From positions 1 to 64,000 of the IMG/VR virus record IMGVR_UViG_3300030116_006045: a stretch of 64,000 nucleotides of DNA; one strand, 5' to 3'. Shown one piece after another: positions 1-10,230 of the stretch. The translations under genes and the position numbers were made by a program. How positions within the stretch are numbered: position 1 is the first letter of the stretch; each line of letters begins with the position of its first letter. The DNA is from an uncultured virus (IMG/VR IMGVR_UViG_3300030116_006045). Its lineage: Duplodnaviria; Heunggongvirae; Uroviricota; Caudoviricetes. The notes below the pieces were generated by a model. It was given only the letters and a program-made list of their open reading frames with translations, did no database searches and had not been told where the DNA came from.

Positions 1-984
1 TTAGGAACGGTTCGCGGTGGTTCAGCTCAAGCAAAAGTCCAAGCAACAAATATGGAAAAGGGTGCTTTGAGTGCATTGATGCCGTTCCTGAGTAGTGAAT
101 TAACTCTTGAGCAACAGCTGGCAATAGCAAGGCAGGTGAATACAGGTAAGACAAAGCAGAAATCTCTTGTAATCATGGAAGCAGCTAATGTTACTCATCA
201 CAATGTAAAGGCTACACAAATGGATGGCAGGGCAACGATGGAAGCTGCATTCGCTTATGCCGCAGCCCAAGCACCAATCAAAAACCTAACAGCCGCAAAG
301 AAAGGACTGACCATGACCACTACCAGGTTGACTGGTGTGCTTGCTCTAAGCTCGATGGCTTTGATGTTCTTCCCTGAAAACGAAGACGCTATGCAAGCAA
401 GTATGATTCTGATGACCCTTTCAATGGTTCCAATGATTGTCTCAATGATGTCGTTCAAGACCACTACCGACGGTGCTACTGTGTCTTTACTTAGCTTCCA
501 ATCTGTTGCGTCTGGAGGACTCGCGCTTGGTATTGGTGTTGCTGCGATACTCGGTGCTATGGCCGTTGCTACTATGTTGATGGACAACAGTATGGGTGAT
601 TTATCCGACAGTACTGATCAATTAGCAAGTGATTTGAACGGAATACAGGATGAGTTTAGTGATTTTACCTTCGCTTTGGATAACCCAACGACAGGTGCTA
701 TTCCTACAATGCAAGCCTTTGGTGATGCTACTGCTGATTCAATGAACAAAGCACAATCCTCTGTCAAGGATTTCATGAGTGCGCGGCAAGAATTGTTCTA
801 TGGATTTAGTGCTTCTCGAATGCAGCAGTCCTTGTTCAAAGAATTGGTGAACCAGGGTGTCGGTGAACTTTACTATCGATCTGAAATCACTGTGAACAAC
901 AATTTCTTCGGACTAACCGCCGATGAAATGGTCGATAAGATTACTACTTCTGTGATGAATAATCTCAATACTTCGGTTGGGTGA
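1..984 (+). CDS. Tail tape measure protein, C-terminal part (5' truncated by the window edge; probably the same gene as 63098-64000)
   Basis: Frame is open from base 1. Ala/Gly/Met-rich helical protein with hydrophobic stretches, directly upstream of the giant tail gene. The window end encodes a TMP N-terminus. Confidence 0.8.
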   Translation, partial: LGTVRGGSAQAKVQATNMEKGALSALMPFLSSELTLEQQLAIARQVNTGKTKQKSLVIMEAANVTHHNVKATQMDGRATMEAAFAYAAAQAPIKNLTAAKKGLTMTTTRLTGVLALSSMALMFFPENEDAMQASMILMTLSMVPMIVSMMSFKTTTDGATVSLLSFQSVASGGLALGIGVAAILGAMAVATMLMDNSMGDLSDSTDQLASDLNGIQDEFSDFTFALDNPTTGAIPTMQAFGDATADSMNKAQSSVKDFMSARQELFYGFSASRMQQSLFKELVNQGVGELYYRSEITVNNNFFGLTADEMVDKITTSVMNNLNTSVG

Positions 985-3900
985 TCAAGTGCGCGATGTG
1001 TCTCTTAAGTTTCCTGTATGGCTGGCTGGTTACTATGAAGACATGAACACCCTTCGTGGTGTGTATGAGGGTCAAGATTACGCAAGTTCAACCACTTACG
1101 ATAACCGACTTAACTCTCACTTTGGTAATCCTAACTCAATATCAACCATGATTGGTTCTGCTAGATCCAATGCGCGATTTAACTTTGTAGCAACAGATAG
1201 AAGCAACAGCCCAGATCACAACGAAGCACCCGCTGATTGGCTTACCTTCAACCCATATTCGTTACTTCCTAACTTCTACGAAGGACGCGCTCAAATGGTG
1301 CTACCAGATAGCATAGGAGACATAGCTTCAGGAGCTTTCTTAGCACAGCCTGTCAGAGCTGACTACGTTAGATATGCTTCCGGTCATAACACAAAGGACA
1401 CATATTGGTCAAGAGCTAATAATAACCACGATGTCGATATAGCCGAAGCTGGTTCACCGCAAGCGAAGAACATATCGAGTTATCATCAAACAAACATCGC
1501 TGGTGTGATGACTGGTGAAACACCTCGCGCTGGTGGTGCTGGGCCGATCTATGTGCCATACGCTTATCTTAGTCATATCACCTCACCATCAGGACAGCCT
1601 TTTTTCATTCATAGATTCAATCGACGAGTAGATGATTGGGTGGAGTTTGCCTCTATCGCCAACGATGGATCTGGAAAGAAGAAATACACAATAGCTACCG
1701 CGGCTCATGTTAATGGCGAAGGGCTTCACTCAAGCGACGAGTGGTATATTTTCAATGTGCAAACAGTTACTAAAACCTCGATTACTGTAAGTTTTACATC
1801 TGGTGCTACCTTTGTAGATATCCCAAACGGTGATCTCGACAATCTACTACCACTTGACCCAGGTGTGGCTATGACGAATCCAAACACAACAACAGCAACA
1901 GCTGTACACGCAATTGGTATTGGTAGTGATACATACTACTACAAAACACTCGCCGCTGTTAGCGGTGGTTACAGATTTACTTTAGATCCCGCTCGTCATG
2001 GATCTGGGCTTACTCAAAATTACACCAATCCAGCATTACAGGTGTTTTGTGATAAGCAACAGCTAGATCAAAACCAAACAGATGTGTTGCTTTACAATCA
2101 ATCATCAAGTGGAACCCCTTCAGGTTTTCGTGTTTTACCAACACAAGGAACTAGTGCTACATCTGAGCCACCTCTATGTAATCGACTATACATTGATGAT
2201 AATAGTAGTTCAATCAACATGATACGAGGCCCACAGTTTGATGTTGCTTCAAGTACTACAAGTTCTAGCACATCTGGGCCTTCAGGAACCACAGGAACGT
2301 ATTACATTTACACTATCAAAGTTAGAAGCGGTCAGCTGCCGTCTGATGTAACTATACCTAAAATTGGTGATAACCGAGCTGATGGTAATCCGTTTTACAA
2401 CAAAGCACCATTAAGAGATCTCAATGTGAATGATTACATTCAGGTAAAAGACAGTAGTGGATTCCTCACTACCCCAGAAAAAATAACAGCGATAAGCACA
2501 GGCGCACACGCCATGACAATAACTACTGATGCCACATACAGTGCTACAAGCACAGGGTTCCTTCGTTTCAGCACGTATGGGTCTTATGTCTTGAGTAGTG
2601 GTAGGCCAATTGACGGTTTATTTGGGTTTGAATCTGTAATGGTAGGTGATGTCGAGCTTAACGCACAAGGTAGCGATGGGGAGTGTTTTACGATAAGGAT
2701 GGCGACACAATCATTCGATAACGCCACAGGTGCAACACCAGGACACGCTGATCCCGTTTATGTTCTAAATGTAGGTTACAACAGAAACGACACTGACTTT
2801 GATCTGAACGAAAGAGGTAACATGGCTGGTAAGCTCCCAGCTGTTAGTCACAAGTTTAGACCGAAGGACGGTACTGGATTACCTGCAAGTAGAACACGTT
2901 TGTTCCTAGAATGGAATGGGACTACGAACAATAACTACACTCACGATCAAATATGGTTTGATATTGATGTTCAATTCGACTTCACCAATCAAAAATACCA
3001 GATCTTCGTAGATGGTACAGAGGTTGGGGCTGCAACGCCTTTCAATGCTAAAGCAGACGGTTCTAACTGGGCTGCTACTGATATGTACGGATGGAGTTTG
3101 GGTGTTCAAGTGTTTGATTCATTTCACGAAGCAAACAGCGAGTCGTTATACTTAGGCTACCCAGCATCATATAACGATCCAGGCACACACTCTGTCTTTA
3201 CTTTGGTAGAGCGAGCTGGGTGGTGCTACCGTCTTACTAACCGTCTGATTGCTAACGATGCCGCCTTCGCACCTAACGCACCTAACGCTGATTTCTTGAT
3301 CGACAATCTAAACCTAAAGAGTCAGGTTGATTCAATAAGTAGTTTAGAAATTGAGGTTCATGACGACGCTAACGAGCTTGGAATGTCTGCTCTTTTCAGT
3401 AACGCACCAGATTGGAGTATTCTTCTGTTTCGAGAGAATGATCACAGGCCAATCTGGAAGGGTTTGATTAGTGATGCTGACTTCTCTCAATCATCTTCTC
3501 AAAAGACAAAGGACGTTAGGATAAGAGCAAGAGATAGTTTAGCTGAAATGGAGTTTCAATTTCCATATTTCGATCTGGGACAAGAGGAATCAGGACCGTC
3601 CTTACAATCCGTGTATCGACAGTATGAAATCGCATCATACTCAAGGGCGTTTGATTTCGGAACCAGTAGTTTGTTGAATCTAAATTATACTGTTGGTTTC
3701 GATGAAGAAGCTAAAGATAGCAACGACCGCTATCGTGCAAGATATGATCAACGTATGCGTATGTTTTCCGCACACCCTATTCAGATGTACCTAAACGAAG
3801 ATAGTAACGGGCCTAACTTTGTGGAGGACAATTGGGAAGTGTCTCGAAAGATAGATTACATAGCACCAAGCGGCTCTACAAAGACGGAGATTTTCATGAC

Positions 3901-6900
3901 TAGCGATGGCGAAAACGACACAACCTATGCCGATAACGCCGACTTTACTGTGGGTAAAGAAATCAACATAGCAGGTATGTGGAAAAACAAGGGGATCCCT
4001 AACACTGGCGCAAGAAAATCATTACCTCAACTTGACGAAGGCGGTTACTTGTCTGTAACGCATGGGGGTAATAGTGTGGCTACACCACACAACGACTACT
4101 TAGGAGCTATAGCGATAGACAGTACTGGGACTACCGCCAATTCATTCATAATCGACAAAGCCTGGTCCAGATCCTTGAAGCTGGCTAAATTAGAAAACGC
4201 GAGTGGTTATTTGAAAATGAGATTAGAACCTATTAGTTCTAACAGATATGAATACATGGCTGGAACTACTTCTCAAAGAGAACAGGCTATCATAGCTCGT
4301 AATCCAGTATTGAGTTCGGCTAATGGATTAGAAGTAGTTCGGTTCTATGTTCAACCAAATGCGGGAGCGGCTGGTTCTTACGCTGCAGCTGCTAATCTTC
4401 CGTCTGAGGTATATACCTCATCAGCAATTACTTTTGAATCAACAGGCACCAGGGACTATGCTGTTGAGATCACAACAACAAAAACGGTAGCGAGCTTACC
4501 TTCCGCTTTACAGACAGCTTTGGGTAGTGGTGCTGTCGGTGCTGCATTGAAAGATATAGGAGATGTACTTGAAACGGATCTAGGATTTGTACACATAAAG
4601 GACTCGACATCATCATATCGTAACCATCATGTGAGATGGATGAGAGATATACCTCAGTCGCTTTGGTTTCAGAAAATCTTCGGTAAGATCCGACGTTACC
4701 CGTTCGGTTATACAGATACAACTGGGTTTTCTAACTGCGCTCTTACTACTCTTGAAGCTAATTTCAATACAGGTTCAGATACGACGGTTACTGTTGCTGA
4801 TACCTCTAAGTTCCCGACAGCGGGTGTTTGTGAAATATGGACATTAAACCCATACACACTGAATCTATTTGGTAGAACAAACGCTAGATTGCTAACCTCA
4901 TTTGTCTATAACGGTAAGACAGCCGGTAGTAACCGTTTGGACAATGTTAAGTTCGCAGATACTAATCAGGGAATCATAGCCTCAACAGTGGGTGAAGCCA
5001 CTAATCGTTACGTCGTATGTCGAGATATTAGTGGTGATTACAAACACATATGGGTGCTTTGGGCCGACATGAGAAACGATGGGTCAGCTGACGCTGATGG
5101 AGGCACTAGAAAGGAAGATTTCGGTCTTATTTACCCACTAAAACAGAACTACAAAGCAAGTATGGTTTGGGCTGCGACAGGACAAGAGTTTGTTGATCTC
5201 AAAATAGGTGATGAGATAGATATCTGGGCTGTTTCGGCGGATAAAGATCCAGCTACTACTACTGCCTGGTCTGATAATCCGACAGCTCTCATGATTGATT
5301 ATGGACAAAGAGGCACTAACACAATACGTCTTAGAGGCAACAGGTCAGATGATACAGAGACAATTACTTCATATCACAATTGGGAAAACAAGGCTGGTGC
5401 TTTTATCATATGCGACATGAGTAAGTTCTTCAATCTCAACACTGAAGCTAATAATGGTAGAGTCGGTCAGGACGCCGGTGGGCTTCGCACCCTCGATAAG
5501 CTCCTTGTTGAAAGCGAGGGCTTCCCTATGCTCATCGACAACTTTTGGTATCAAGCATCAGCAAATGATGAAACCGCAGGTAATCCTGTTCCAAAGGATC
5601 TAAATCAATACCAATGGCTTACAGCCCAAACAACACTACAACGAGATGTAGTTCAGACAGGTATAGGGGCTGCTACTCTTACTCAGAATCTTGCTGCGTC
5701 AGATACCGAGATGTTCGTATCGACTAACGCCCCATTCTTGAGTTCAGGTTCAGTGGTTATCAACGGAGATACTATCGCGTACACAGGTCGTGGGGGATCA
5801 CTCGCTAGTATTACTTTGGGTAGTAAAGGGGCTGGTTATCCAGCCGCCGGAGGAACCTGGACTACTACTGGTGGTGGTGGTTCAGCTGGTGCTGGCACTT
5901 ACGCTACTGAAATGGAAATTGCTTCTATGGCTATAAGTAACGGAGGTGCTGGGTATGGTGCTTCTAAGACAGGTATTTGGTGGGCAGACACAGGACAAGC
6001 AACAGGAACTTACACGACTAATGGATCTGGAGTGATTACTGCTGTTGCTATAAGTGGATCTGGAACTCGAAATGATTTCTATACATCAGCACCAACAATA
6101 ACTATCGATCCACCAACAGGACAGACACCCACCACTAACGCTGTATTCACTCCTACTTTAGCTACCACAGGTCGTCTAAGTACCGTTGCCATAACTAACG
6201 TCGGTAAAGGTTACGATCAATCAGGAGGTTCTATGATTACTGCGGTATGGAGCGGATCACCTTCAACTTCTGCTAACGCTCGGTTTGTGAATAACTCCGA
6301 CCAGCTTACGGGTGTTACAGGTATCGCAACAGCACATACGTCCGGCGATGCGGTACAATCAGCAAGCACTAATACGACGATGGAAGTATCTGACACATCA
6401 GGGTTCCCTGCGGCTATGGGGGCTAATCTGTTTAGTGCGGCAGGTATTGCTGGTAAAATCGAAGCGGTTACGACAGATGCTCAAGGTAACGAAAGCACAA
6501 CAGAATACGTCTTTACCTACACAGCGAAGACATCTACTTCATTCACAGGTGTAAAATATCGCCAGATCCGCAGCGGTGAAGATATAGATACCGCAGCTTT
6601 GGGCGTTATCAATAATGATGCTTTTACTATGAGTGGCGTTCCAACAATGAACGCCGCCGGAACTGTGATCCGTAGCTCATTAGGGTCTAACTTCCCAATG
6701 GGCTTCATGCTCAAGCTTGAAGGTAAGATAAAAACACCTAACGGTGGCTCATTTTACGAACATGATAAGATTAGAATCTATCAGGTCAGCTCACTCATCA
6801 ATGATTGGTTTAAGCAGTTAATTATGCCAGCTTTGTCTGACTTCAATAACGTACCAATCATGCACGATTTCAACGTCGATGGTAACACATCAGGAGCGGG

Positions 6901-9328
6901 AACTGTTGAGTCGTTTGGATCTGTATTAGATGCAAGGGGTAAGTCGGTATTATCCACTCTTAGAACGGTAGGTGCATCTTCCGGTGTTGGGGATGGAAGC
7001 TCGACGATTACAATGAACTACATGATGGGTCGAGACAATAGAATGGAGCTACGACCTAACTACAATGCTGGGCATAATTTCACTCGCAACAATCTCAAAA
7101 TATCTGATTTGAAAACAGGCAAGTCGAACACCTTTACTCACATTCGAGTGTATTACAACGGTGGTCAGTCCTTCGTGGATCACCCACAACAATCTTACAA
7201 TTCGCGTAATAGAGTCAAAGTGGTGAATGCGATAGAAGTCGCATCGTATGAACAGGCTCTTGCTATTGCGAAGCGTGAGTATCAGACAAGGAAAGATCCA
7301 GCTTTTAGTTTGGAATGTCAGGTTCTTCGGCAGAGTGGGGCGAGTCAAAGGGATGGCCCGATGCTTGCTGATGCTAAGTATGGGTATATCGCTGACCCAT
7401 ACGTTGTGCAAACAGGGCCATATTACGGTCTTAATCAACACGCAAGCGGTGGTGGTGGCACATTAGCCGTTGGATCTAGCGATGCTATCAATCATGCTTT
7501 TGCTACTCAATCAGTAGGTTACGGTGTTCAAGTGGTGCATATACCTCAAGGAATGCCTTCTGTAAGTGAGACAAGTGGAGAGGAACTTCGTATCTTTATT
7601 GCTGATGCTGTCGCATCTTTACCGGCCAGCACCAGGCTTAGTGATGATGCCGTTGATACTAAGAAGTTCAGGATATTTTTAGCGGATTACTCATTCGTAA
7701 ATAGTGCGTCTGGTGGCGGATCACTCGCACCACTGAAAAAAGCTGATCAAGAAGGAATAGAGGAAATAACAGTCAAGGGCAACGGTTTCTTTGAGATAGC
7801 TATACCCGCATCATACTGGTCGGCTGGTAACGCTGCAGGTTACAAGATTGTGCTATCAGTAAATGCTGACTACCTAAACGCAGTTGGAAGACACGCCGGA
7901 GGCACAAATTACGGCGGTAACGCTTTCGCTAATCAAAACTCAAGTTATGTGTCCGTATCAACGGGTAGTTTGCCTACTTTTACGAATGTGAACACAAGCT
8001 CGGCGTTTCCTTTGGGCATTCGAGATTATTCAGATCGAGGTGATCTCTATGTTTTCCGTAGTGTTTTGTACGCCCCACGATTAAGAATAACAGATGATGT
8101 GAATTACACAGTAGGAACTTATGTGACTTATACAGACAATCGTTTAGCGTTATCTAATCAGGTTATGTTTATTCAAAGTGTGGAGTATAGTTATAGTGCT
8201 AAAAGTTTGGATAGAACTACTTTGAGGCTTGAGAAGGAGCTAAATCGTATTCCAAGCGGTATAGCTGGCTATCTTCTACCAAACGTATTCGACGATAGAG
8301 GTGCTGGTGGCGGTGGTACTGGTGGCGGCGGTGGCTCAGGAGGATCTGGAGGGGGAGGATTCCCTGGCGGTGGTTTAGATGGGCCAGGATTCCCAGGAGG
8401 CGGATTGCTACCTCCGCCTGGGTTTGGACCGGACGGAGGTTATCTTGGACCGCAACAGGGAACATATACCGGACAGGGAGGTATTGTGGGTGAGCTTGGT
8501 TCTGTTAAAACACCGTCTTTGGGAGGTAATGTTCAGAGATTGAACAGAGACACAGGAGAACAGCAGTTTGGGCAATTAGGGGCGCATACTTCACCTGAAA
8601 TGGGTTCTAACAACATAACAAAGAACATGACAAACAAAATCAACGATACGATGAGAATGGACTCTTTAGTACCTAACGCAATTCAAGGATTACCAGGTCA
8701 AAAACCTCCTATCAAGATCGATCCGCGTATCAGAGCGATTGAGGGTATCGACACTAAGTTCTTGTCGAGCGAAGGACAAGCATCAGAAACAGCTGACGGA
8801 TGGATGCTACCTGGTGCTTCTCAGCTCGACGACAGTGAGGCTACTACAAATCAAGTGAACTCTCTGTCTGTTCAGGCTACCTTACCTACTGATGTCGCTA
8901 CACCAAATGTCGGTGTTACAGCCACAGTTTCATGTGATCTCGGACCCGCGAGTGATAAGGTCGTAGAACTAACCACTACTGTAACTTGCCCTGATACCGG
9001 AGATACATTAGAGAATGTTGTTGAGATTAGCGTTGCGAGTTCAATAACACGACAGCAAGTAGCACTTCTCCCATTGATGAAGTTCGATGCGGCTAACACA
9101 GCTGGTAGGAGCTTACAGATTACAATCACTCGAAAGCCAGATCAAGGAAACGACACAGCAGATTATTCTGCACTTACCATACATAACATACAGGTTGAAT
9201 CTAAAGCCCACAACAATCAGGGAACAGCGACTAATCAAAAGGTGCAAGCGTTCACTGGAACAGAACAAACAACCGACGACACAGATGAACTAAATCTCGA
9301 CATACGATCCGATGCTAGTCCAATATGA
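977..9328 (+). CDS. Giant (2783 aa) tail tip/baseplate-hub and receptor-binding protein
   Basis: Follows the TMP. Thr/Gly/Ser-rich beta domains, ISNGGAGY-type fibre repeats, a hub-like segment (LEIEVHDD...IWKGLISD...VRIRARD) and a Gly/Pro linker near the C-terminus. Confidence 0.75.
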   Translation: MGDQVRDVSLKFPVWLAGYYEDMNTLRGVYEGQDYASSTTYDNRLNSHFGNPNSISTMIGSARSNARFNFVATDRSNSPDHNEAPADWLTFNPYSLLPNFYEGRAQMVLPDSIGDIASGAFLAQPVRADYVRYASGHNTKDTYWSRANNNHDVDIAEAGSPQAKNISSYHQTNIAGVMTGETPRAGGAGPIYVPYAYLSHITSPSGQPFFIHRFNRRVDDWVEFASIANDGSGKKKYTIATAAHVNGEGLHSSDEWYIFNVQTVTKTSITVSFTSGATFVDIPNGDLDNLLPLDPGVAMTNPNTTTATAVHAIGIGSDTYYYKTLAAVSGGYRFTLDPARHGSGLTQNYTNPALQVFCDKQQLDQNQTDVLLYNQSSSGTPSGFRVLPTQGTSATSEPPLCNRLYIDDNSSSINMIRGPQFDVASSTTSSSTSGPSGTTGTYYIYTIKVRSGQLPSDVTIPKIGDNRADGNPFYNKAPLRDLNVNDYIQVKDSSGFLTTPEKITAISTGAHAMTITTDATYSATSTGFLRFSTYGSYVLSSGRPIDGLFGFESVMVGDVELNAQGSDGECFTIRMATQSFDNATGATPGHADPVYVLNVGYNRNDTDFDLNERGNMAGKLPAVSHKFRPKDGTGLPASRTRLFLEWNGTTNNNYTHDQIWFDIDVQFDFTNQKYQIFVDGTEVGAATPFNAKADGSNWAATDMYGWSLGVQVFDSFHEANSESLYLGYPASYNDPGTHSVFTLVERAGWCYRLTNRLIANDAAFAPNAPNADFLIDNLNLKSQVDSISSLEIEVHDDANELGMSALFSNAPDWSILLFRENDHRPIWKGLISDADFSQSSSQKTKDVRIRARDSLAEMEFQFPYFDLGQEESGPSLQSVYRQYEIASYSRAFDFGTSSLLNLNYTVGFDEEAKDSNDRYRARYDQRMRMFSAHPIQMYLNEDSNGPNFVEDNWEVSRKIDYIAPSGSTKTEIFMTSDGENDTTYADNADFTVGKEINIAGMWKNKGIPNTGARKSLPQLDEGGYLSVTHGGNSVATPHNDYLGAIAIDSTGTTANSFIIDKAWSRSLKLAKLENASGYLKMRLEPISSNRYEYMAGTTSQREQAIIARNPVLSSANGLEVVRFYVQPNAGAAGSYAAAANLPSEVYTSSAITFESTGTRDYAVEITTTKTVASLPSALQTALGSGAVGAALKDIGDVLETDLGFVHIKDSTSSYRNHHVRWMRDIPQSLWFQKIFGKIRRYPFGYTDTTGFSNCALTTLEANFNTGSDTTVTVADTSKFPTAGVCEIWTLNPYTLNLFGRTNARLLTSFVYNGKTAGSNRLDNVKFADTNQGIIASTVGEATNRYVVCRDISGDYKHIWVLWADMRNDGSADADGGTRKEDFGLIYPLKQNYKASMVWAATGQEFVDLKIGDEIDIWAVSADKDPATTTAWSDNPTALMIDYGQRGTNTIRLRGNRSDDTETITSYHNWENKAGAFIICDMSKFFNLNTEANNGRVGQDAGGLRTLDKLLVESEGFPMLIDNFWYQASANDETAGNPVPKDLNQYQWLTAQTTLQRDVVQTGIGAATLTQNLAASDTEMFVSTNAPFLSSGSVVINGDTIAYTGRGGSLASITLGSKGAGYPAAGGTWTTTGGGGSAGAGTYATEMEIASMAISNGGAGYGASKTGIWWADTGQATGTYTTNGSGVITAVAISGSGTRNDFYTSAPTITIDPPTGQTPTTNAVFTPTLATTGRLSTVAITNVGKGYDQSGGSMITAVWSGSPSTSANARFVNNSDQLTGVTGIATAHTSGDAVQSASTNTTMEVSDTSGFPAAMGANLFSAAGIAGKIEAVTTDAQGNESTTEYVFTYTAKTSTSFTGVKYRQIRSGEDIDTAALGVINNDAFTMSGVPTMNAAGTVIRSSLGSNFPMGFMLKLEGKIKTPNGGSFYEHDKIRIYQVSSLINDWFKQLIMPALSDFNNVPIMHDFNVDGNTSGAGTVESFGSVLDARGKSVLSTLRTVGASSGVGDGSSTITMNYMMGRDNRMELRPNYNAGHNFTRNNLKISDLKTGKSNTFTHIRVYYNGGQSFVDHPQQSYNSRNRVKVVNAIEVASYEQALAIAKREYQTRKDPAFSLECQVLRQSGASQRDGPMLADAKYGYIADPYVVQTGPYYGLNQHASGGGGTLAVGSSDAINHAFATQSVGYGVQVVHIPQGMPSVSETSGEELRIFIADAVASLPASTRLSDDAVDTKKFRIFLADYSFVNSASGGGSLAPLKKADQEGIEEITVKGNGFFEIAIPASYWSAGNAAGYKIVLSVNADYLNAVGRHAGGTNYGGNAFANQNSSYVSVSTGSLPTFTNVNTSSAFPLGIRDYSDRGDLYVFRSVLYAPRLRITDDVNYTVGTYVTYTDNRLALSNQVMFIQSVEYSYSAKSLDRTTLRLEKELNRIPSGIAGYLLPNVFDDRGAGGGGTGGGGGSGGSGGGGFPGGGLDGPGFPGGGLLPPPGFGPDGGYLGPQQGTYTGQGGIVGELGSVKTPSLGGNVQRLNRDTGEQQFGQLGAHTSPEMGSNNITKNMTNKINDTMRMDSLVPNAIQGLPGQKPPIKIDPRIRAIEGIDTKFLSSEGQASETADGWMLPGASQLDDSEATTNQVNSLSVQATLPTDVATPNVGVTATVSCDLGPASDKVVELTTTVTCPDTGDTLENVVEISVASSITRQQVALLPLMKFDAANTAGRSLQITITRKPDQGNDTADYSALTIHNIQVESKAHNNQGTATNQKVQAFTGTEQTTDDTDELNLDIRSDASPI

Positions 9329-10031
9329 ACTCATCGCGTAGATTTAGAATACGACGAGCTACTGTGCGACTAACACCGCTGGTTTCCATCAATTGTTTTT
9401 GAGTAGTGGATGCTTTCATTACATTTTTCAAGCTCCCTAAGCGAACTAATATGTCCATAGCTATACGCTCGCTAACACCAGGGACACCTGAAAGTGCAAG
9501 GATCTGGGGGTTGGTAGATGCCTTCGGTGTCTTACGAACAGCGCGAGCCGTAGTAAGTCGTTGTGATATTTCTTGTTGCTTGTGAACTCGACATACCCAC
9601 TCGACGAAGTGATCCATTGTGTCCACTTGCATGAATTGAATCTGGGGGAAGCGAAGATACAGTTCTTGCTTGAACTGTTTAATGACAGCATGAGCGCGAG
9701 CTATGTCGTCCTGTGGGCGACTGCGCCTATTTTTAGATGGGTTATACACCTTAATCTTAGAACCATACACAACAAGCATAGGTCGCTCAAAAGCTTCTAC
9801 CAGATCCGCAAGCTGGGCGTTGATTGTTCGAGAACGACCGATACCGAGAATAGATCTCCATAAGTCGTTTATTTCCTTAGCCTCGATGCCTATATCCCCA
9901 ACGATATAGTCAGCTGACTGCAGCCTTCTAACCTCAGCCTTACCGTTTGGATCGTGTTCCTTATCACCCAAAGCTATCAAGAACTTCGTGATTACCTTTT
10001 CATTTTCTCGATCATCAATTATCAGTGTCAT
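9315..10031 (-). CDS. ERCC4/XPF-family structure-specific nuclease with C-terminal HhH motifs
   Basis: IIDDRE motif, ADYIVG-IGIEAK(ERKxxxD-like) core, and two HhH motifs (VPGVSERIA, TSGVSRTVA). Confidence 0.85.
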   Translation of the reverse strand: MTLIIDDRENEKVITKFLIALGDKEHDPNGKAEVRRLQSADYIVGDIGIEAKEINDLWRSILGIGRSRTINAQLADLVEAFERPMLVVYGSKIKVYNPSKNRRSRPQDDIARAHAVIKQFKQELYLRFPQIQFMQVDTMDHFVEWVCRVHKQQEISQRLTTARAVRKTPKASTNPQILALSGVPGVSERIAMDILVRLGSLKNVMKASTTQKQLMETSGVSRTVARRILNLRDEFILD

Positions 10032-10189
10032 TTTTCTTCGTCCTCCGCCTGTATAAATAGTGCTTCAGCACCACATTCTGAACATTGTAAATTAGTAACA
10101 AGACCTTCACCTCTCATACAATAATCTTCGCGGGTGTGATCCCCACCCCAAATCAATTTGCCACCACAAAACCAACAAGTAGCGACCAT
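10028..10189 (-). CDS. 53-aa zinc-ribbon microprotein (not in ORF track)
   Basis: Hand translation MVATCWFCGGKLIWGGD...LVTNLQCSECGAE...; stop overlaps the ERCC4 start (ATGA). Confidence 0.7.
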   Translation of the reverse strand: MVATCWFCGGKLIWGGDHTREDYCMRGEGLVTNLQCSECGAEALFIQAEDEEK

Positions 10190-10230
10190 AATGCTACTGG
10201 ATCGAGGTTTTGAACTTGAATGCTTGCCCT

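Noticed and set aside
255..9293. Numerous antisense ORFs within the TMP and giant tail genes, and similar ones opposite other long genes
   Set aside because: Shadow ORFs on the non-coding strand with no RBS or recognisable motifs.
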